A DNA stretch of 62,699 bases, the filler included, from Bonamia ostreae (Eukaryota): the NCBI GenBank assembly GCA_040357525.1. It is 23 parts of 23 records of this genome, joined end to end, with 100 filler letters (N's around TTAATTAATTAA, not from the genome) between each part and the next. Parts side by side here need not be neighbours in the genome. Positions count along the whole stretch, not along the records: positions 60,088 to 62,699 come from JBDODL010000758.1; 22 more parts are not named here. One strand, 5' to 3'. This document shows positions 60,088 through 62,699 of this stretch, piece after piece. The notes under the pieces were generated by a model. That model made no database searches. It was not told the DNA's origin and was given only the letters and a program-made list of their open reading frames with translations. The position numbers were made by a program, and so were the translations under genes. The stretch's first letter is position 1; every line of letters starts with the position of its first letter.

Positions 60088-61187
60088 GAGAAAAACAAGA
60101 TTTTTCGATTTGAATCGAATTTCGAAAACGAAATCGATTTAACCAAAAATTCTGTCAAAAAAGACCATGTCGACAAAATCTTCATATTTTTGTTGTGTCG
60201 ATACGTCTTGTATCAATATACCAGCAAATTTAAAGGTTAGGCTAAATTTTATGATAAAAACTAAAATTTAACCAAAAAATAAAAATTTGCACCAAAAATA
60301 AAAAAATAGAAACAAAAATAGACAAAATAACTAAAACTGATTTGAACGAAATGGCGTTTTCTCTGACAAATTTTGGTCTAATATCTTTGGCGTTCTCTCT
60401 TTTGAACAATTTTGAGCAAAATCTTTTTCCTCTTTTTTCCGTTTTGACAAAAAAATGTCTTTCGATCCAAAATTCGTCGTTTTTAAGCTACGAAAACAAT
60501 TCCGTTTTGTCAATCGAAGAAAGACTGATTCTGCAATTCGACATCGGAACTGAGTTTTCGAGATGTTCCTGGCTCTTGTTGGAATCTCTGTTGGCCAAAT
60601 ATGATCGTGATGATCAAAAATACGCCAAATTTATTTTGCAAATTTTGCTTTCTAAACACAACAAAAATAGTTTTAATCATCGCGAAAATTTTGATAAAAA
60701 TGGCGAAAACAACAAAAAGCAAAATTTTGGTAAAAATGGTCTCAAAATAAGTCGAATTTTCGGAAAGATAAAATTTGTTCCAAAATTTTTGGAACAAATG
60801 TTATTAAATTTGAAAGGGAAAAAAGGAAAGTCTTTTTCCGAAGTTTATTGTTTTTCTTATGGCTCTAATGCCATTTTCTTTTTGCGAGTTTTGGTTGAAG
60901 AAGGATATTTGTCCCAAGCCGCGGAAATGGCTATTCGTTATTGCCGAGTTTTTTTCTAAAAACTTACAAAGAACGAACGATTGCGATATTTGAAAGAAAA
61001 TAAGGAAATATGGTATCCGAGAAATTTGTTGAAACGATTACGGAATTCGATGAGTGAATTTATCCAACAACACTTGAAAAAGAGAAAACCAGCAAATTTT
61101 TGGTTGATTCGAAATTTGTTTGTCAATCTAAAAACTGAAATAGCTCTTTGCGATTCTCTTGATAACGCTTTATTCGACGATGTGTAA
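60088..61187 (+). CDS. NUP160: Nucleoporin Nup160 C-terminal region
   Basis: WLLLESLLAKYD..ILLSKH..VPKFL..FLRVLVEEGYLSQAAEMAIRY..IWYPRNLL resembles the Nup160 C-terminus. Confidence 0.6.
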
Positions 61188-61206
61188 ATTTTGTCATTTT
61201 TTTAAA

Positions 61207-61366
61207 AAATTTTATTTTCGTAAAAAAAATCGATTTTGTAAAAATGTCGAAATTGTATTTTTGCAATAAAATCGATTTTGTAAAAATGTCGAAATTGTAT
61301 TTTTGCAGTAAAATCGATTTATTAAAAATGTCGAAATTGTAATTTTGAAATAAAATCGATTTTGCA
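61207..61366. repeat. Intergenic minisatellite, about 42 bp x 4
   Basis: aaaatcgattttgtaaaaatgtcgaaattgtatttttgca repeated. Confidence 0.85.
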
Positions 61367-61384
61367 AAGTCAATTATTCCCTGA

Positions 61385-62514
61385 TTAAAATGAAAATTTA
61401 TTTGCTCCAAACTTCGTTTTTCCGCTTTTTATATTATCCTCTCTTTCTTCACTCCAATTCGCACTGTCACCACTGCTACCATTATCATTTATTTTCCCAT
61501 TTCTGCCAGCATCTTTATTTTTGCCACTATTTTCATCGTTCGAAATATCTACGTTATCACCAATATCCCTATTGTTACCAATATTCCTATTCTTTCCATT
61601 GTCACCATTACTTCTTCCGTTAAATATTCTGATATTGGTTCTGAATATAAAAATGCCCAAATACTCAAGCACAAAAACAACTCCAAATAAAACGACTACT
61701 GTTAGCACGACTACTCCAATCACAATGGCCAAATAAATCAAATCTTGTCGAAAATAGCAATTCGGCTCAAAAATTATTTTTCGCTCCAAACAAATGCTTT
61801 TTCCCTCTTTCGATCCTTGCACAGATTTAAAGGGAAAATTGCAAATATAAATACAAATCCCCTCGAGAACATTCTTGCCACAGCCGTTTAAAAATTTTCC
61901 GTGATTTGGTTGCTTCAAATGATCAAAACATCCTTTAATTCTTGATTTGTTGACAATTTTGGGCAAATTTTGTTTTAAAAGTTGTCCATTGTTACAAAGG
62001 AGAGCGCTAAAGGCGCTCAAAATTTTTTTTGATCCGATTTCAAAGAAAATGTCTTTGTTTGTGGACTGTAACGGACAGTAATCGACGAATCTTGAGTTGT
62101 TATGAAGCAAGGTACACAATTTTGTGTCGAGATTATTTACATGTTGTCGATAAGGGAATTTACAAGCTATTTAAATCATTTTTAAGACAAAATAATTAAA
62201 ATTAACAAATCTGATGTGTCTGAAAATTTGAAACTTGATATGACTGAGATAACTAATTTGTCGACTTTTGAGCCAGTGCACTTTAAAGTTACTTCAGTTT
62301 TAAATTGAATAGTAAATTTTGCAGATTCACAATAAGCGATGGCATAATTTTTGTCAGCGATTAAATGACAGGTCTTGCTAAATCTCATAAACTCGTCGAA
62401 ACAGCCAACCATTCTCAAGTTTGCATAATATTTAAAATAAGTGTCACAATCTTTTAAAATTTGTTGTTTTTGTGAATTTTTTTGTAAAAGGTAAAAAAAT
62501 TTTGGCAATCTCAA
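61385..62514 (-). CDS. Orphan single-pass membrane protein with Cys-rich ectodomain and Asn/Gly-rich tail
   Basis: Two Cys-rich ORFs, then TM IYLAIVIGVVVLTVVVLFGVVFVL. Confidence 0.55.
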
Positions 62515-62699
62515 AAACCTGATTTACATTCTTTTAATAGAATTATCGTCGTAACGAAAGCAAAATAAATCATTTTCGTTTTAAAACGGTTTGTTTTTAC
62601 AAGTTTTAATCTTTTCGAATAGAAAAGATTTCTATTCGAATTTTAAAAACGGTTTGAATTTTATCTGTGGTTGAATTGTAATATGAGTTTACAAGTTTT

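Noticed and set aside
61207-61366. CRISPR-like arrays (also 42805-43095 and 25330-25600)
   Set aside because: Head-to-tail minisatellites without unique spacers; eukaryotic context and no cas genes.

Overview
This window is not one locus. It is 23 short contigs (about 2.61-2.65 kb, in decreasing size) joined by 100-nt artificial linkers (N44-TTAATTAATTAA-N44). About 20 contigs come from a gene-dense, AT-rich unicellular eukaryote with tiny spliceosomal introns, mostly 19-29 nt. These carry RPL18A, RPL7A, CRNKL1, GMPPB, MRPL28, COPA, SEC61A, NOL6, an ENT transporter, a syntaxin, cactin, USP36-like, HBS1, AP1 sigma, WBP4-like, PTPA, MRT4, NUP160, two tRNAs, and decayed Tc1, Merlin and LINE elements. 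Three contigs (5499-8145, 8246-10892, 27424-30056) look like animal DNA, probably bivalve host, with long introns and animal-type splice sites. My inference is a parasite assembly such as a haplosporidian (Bonamia-like) with host contamination. The main observations are: (1) an atypical splice code, with GTTT donors lacking GTRAG and A-rich AAG acceptors; (2) a head-to-head pair of paralogous bZIP-like genes with the invariant Asn replaced by Phe and a shared intron; (3) a syntaxin with no transmembrane helix that ends in the Ykt6-like CCVLM; (4) a Cys/Tyr-rich mini-collagen on a parasite contig; (5) a WBP4-like protein with GYF in place of WW domains. All family calls are by-eye recognition; no searches were run.
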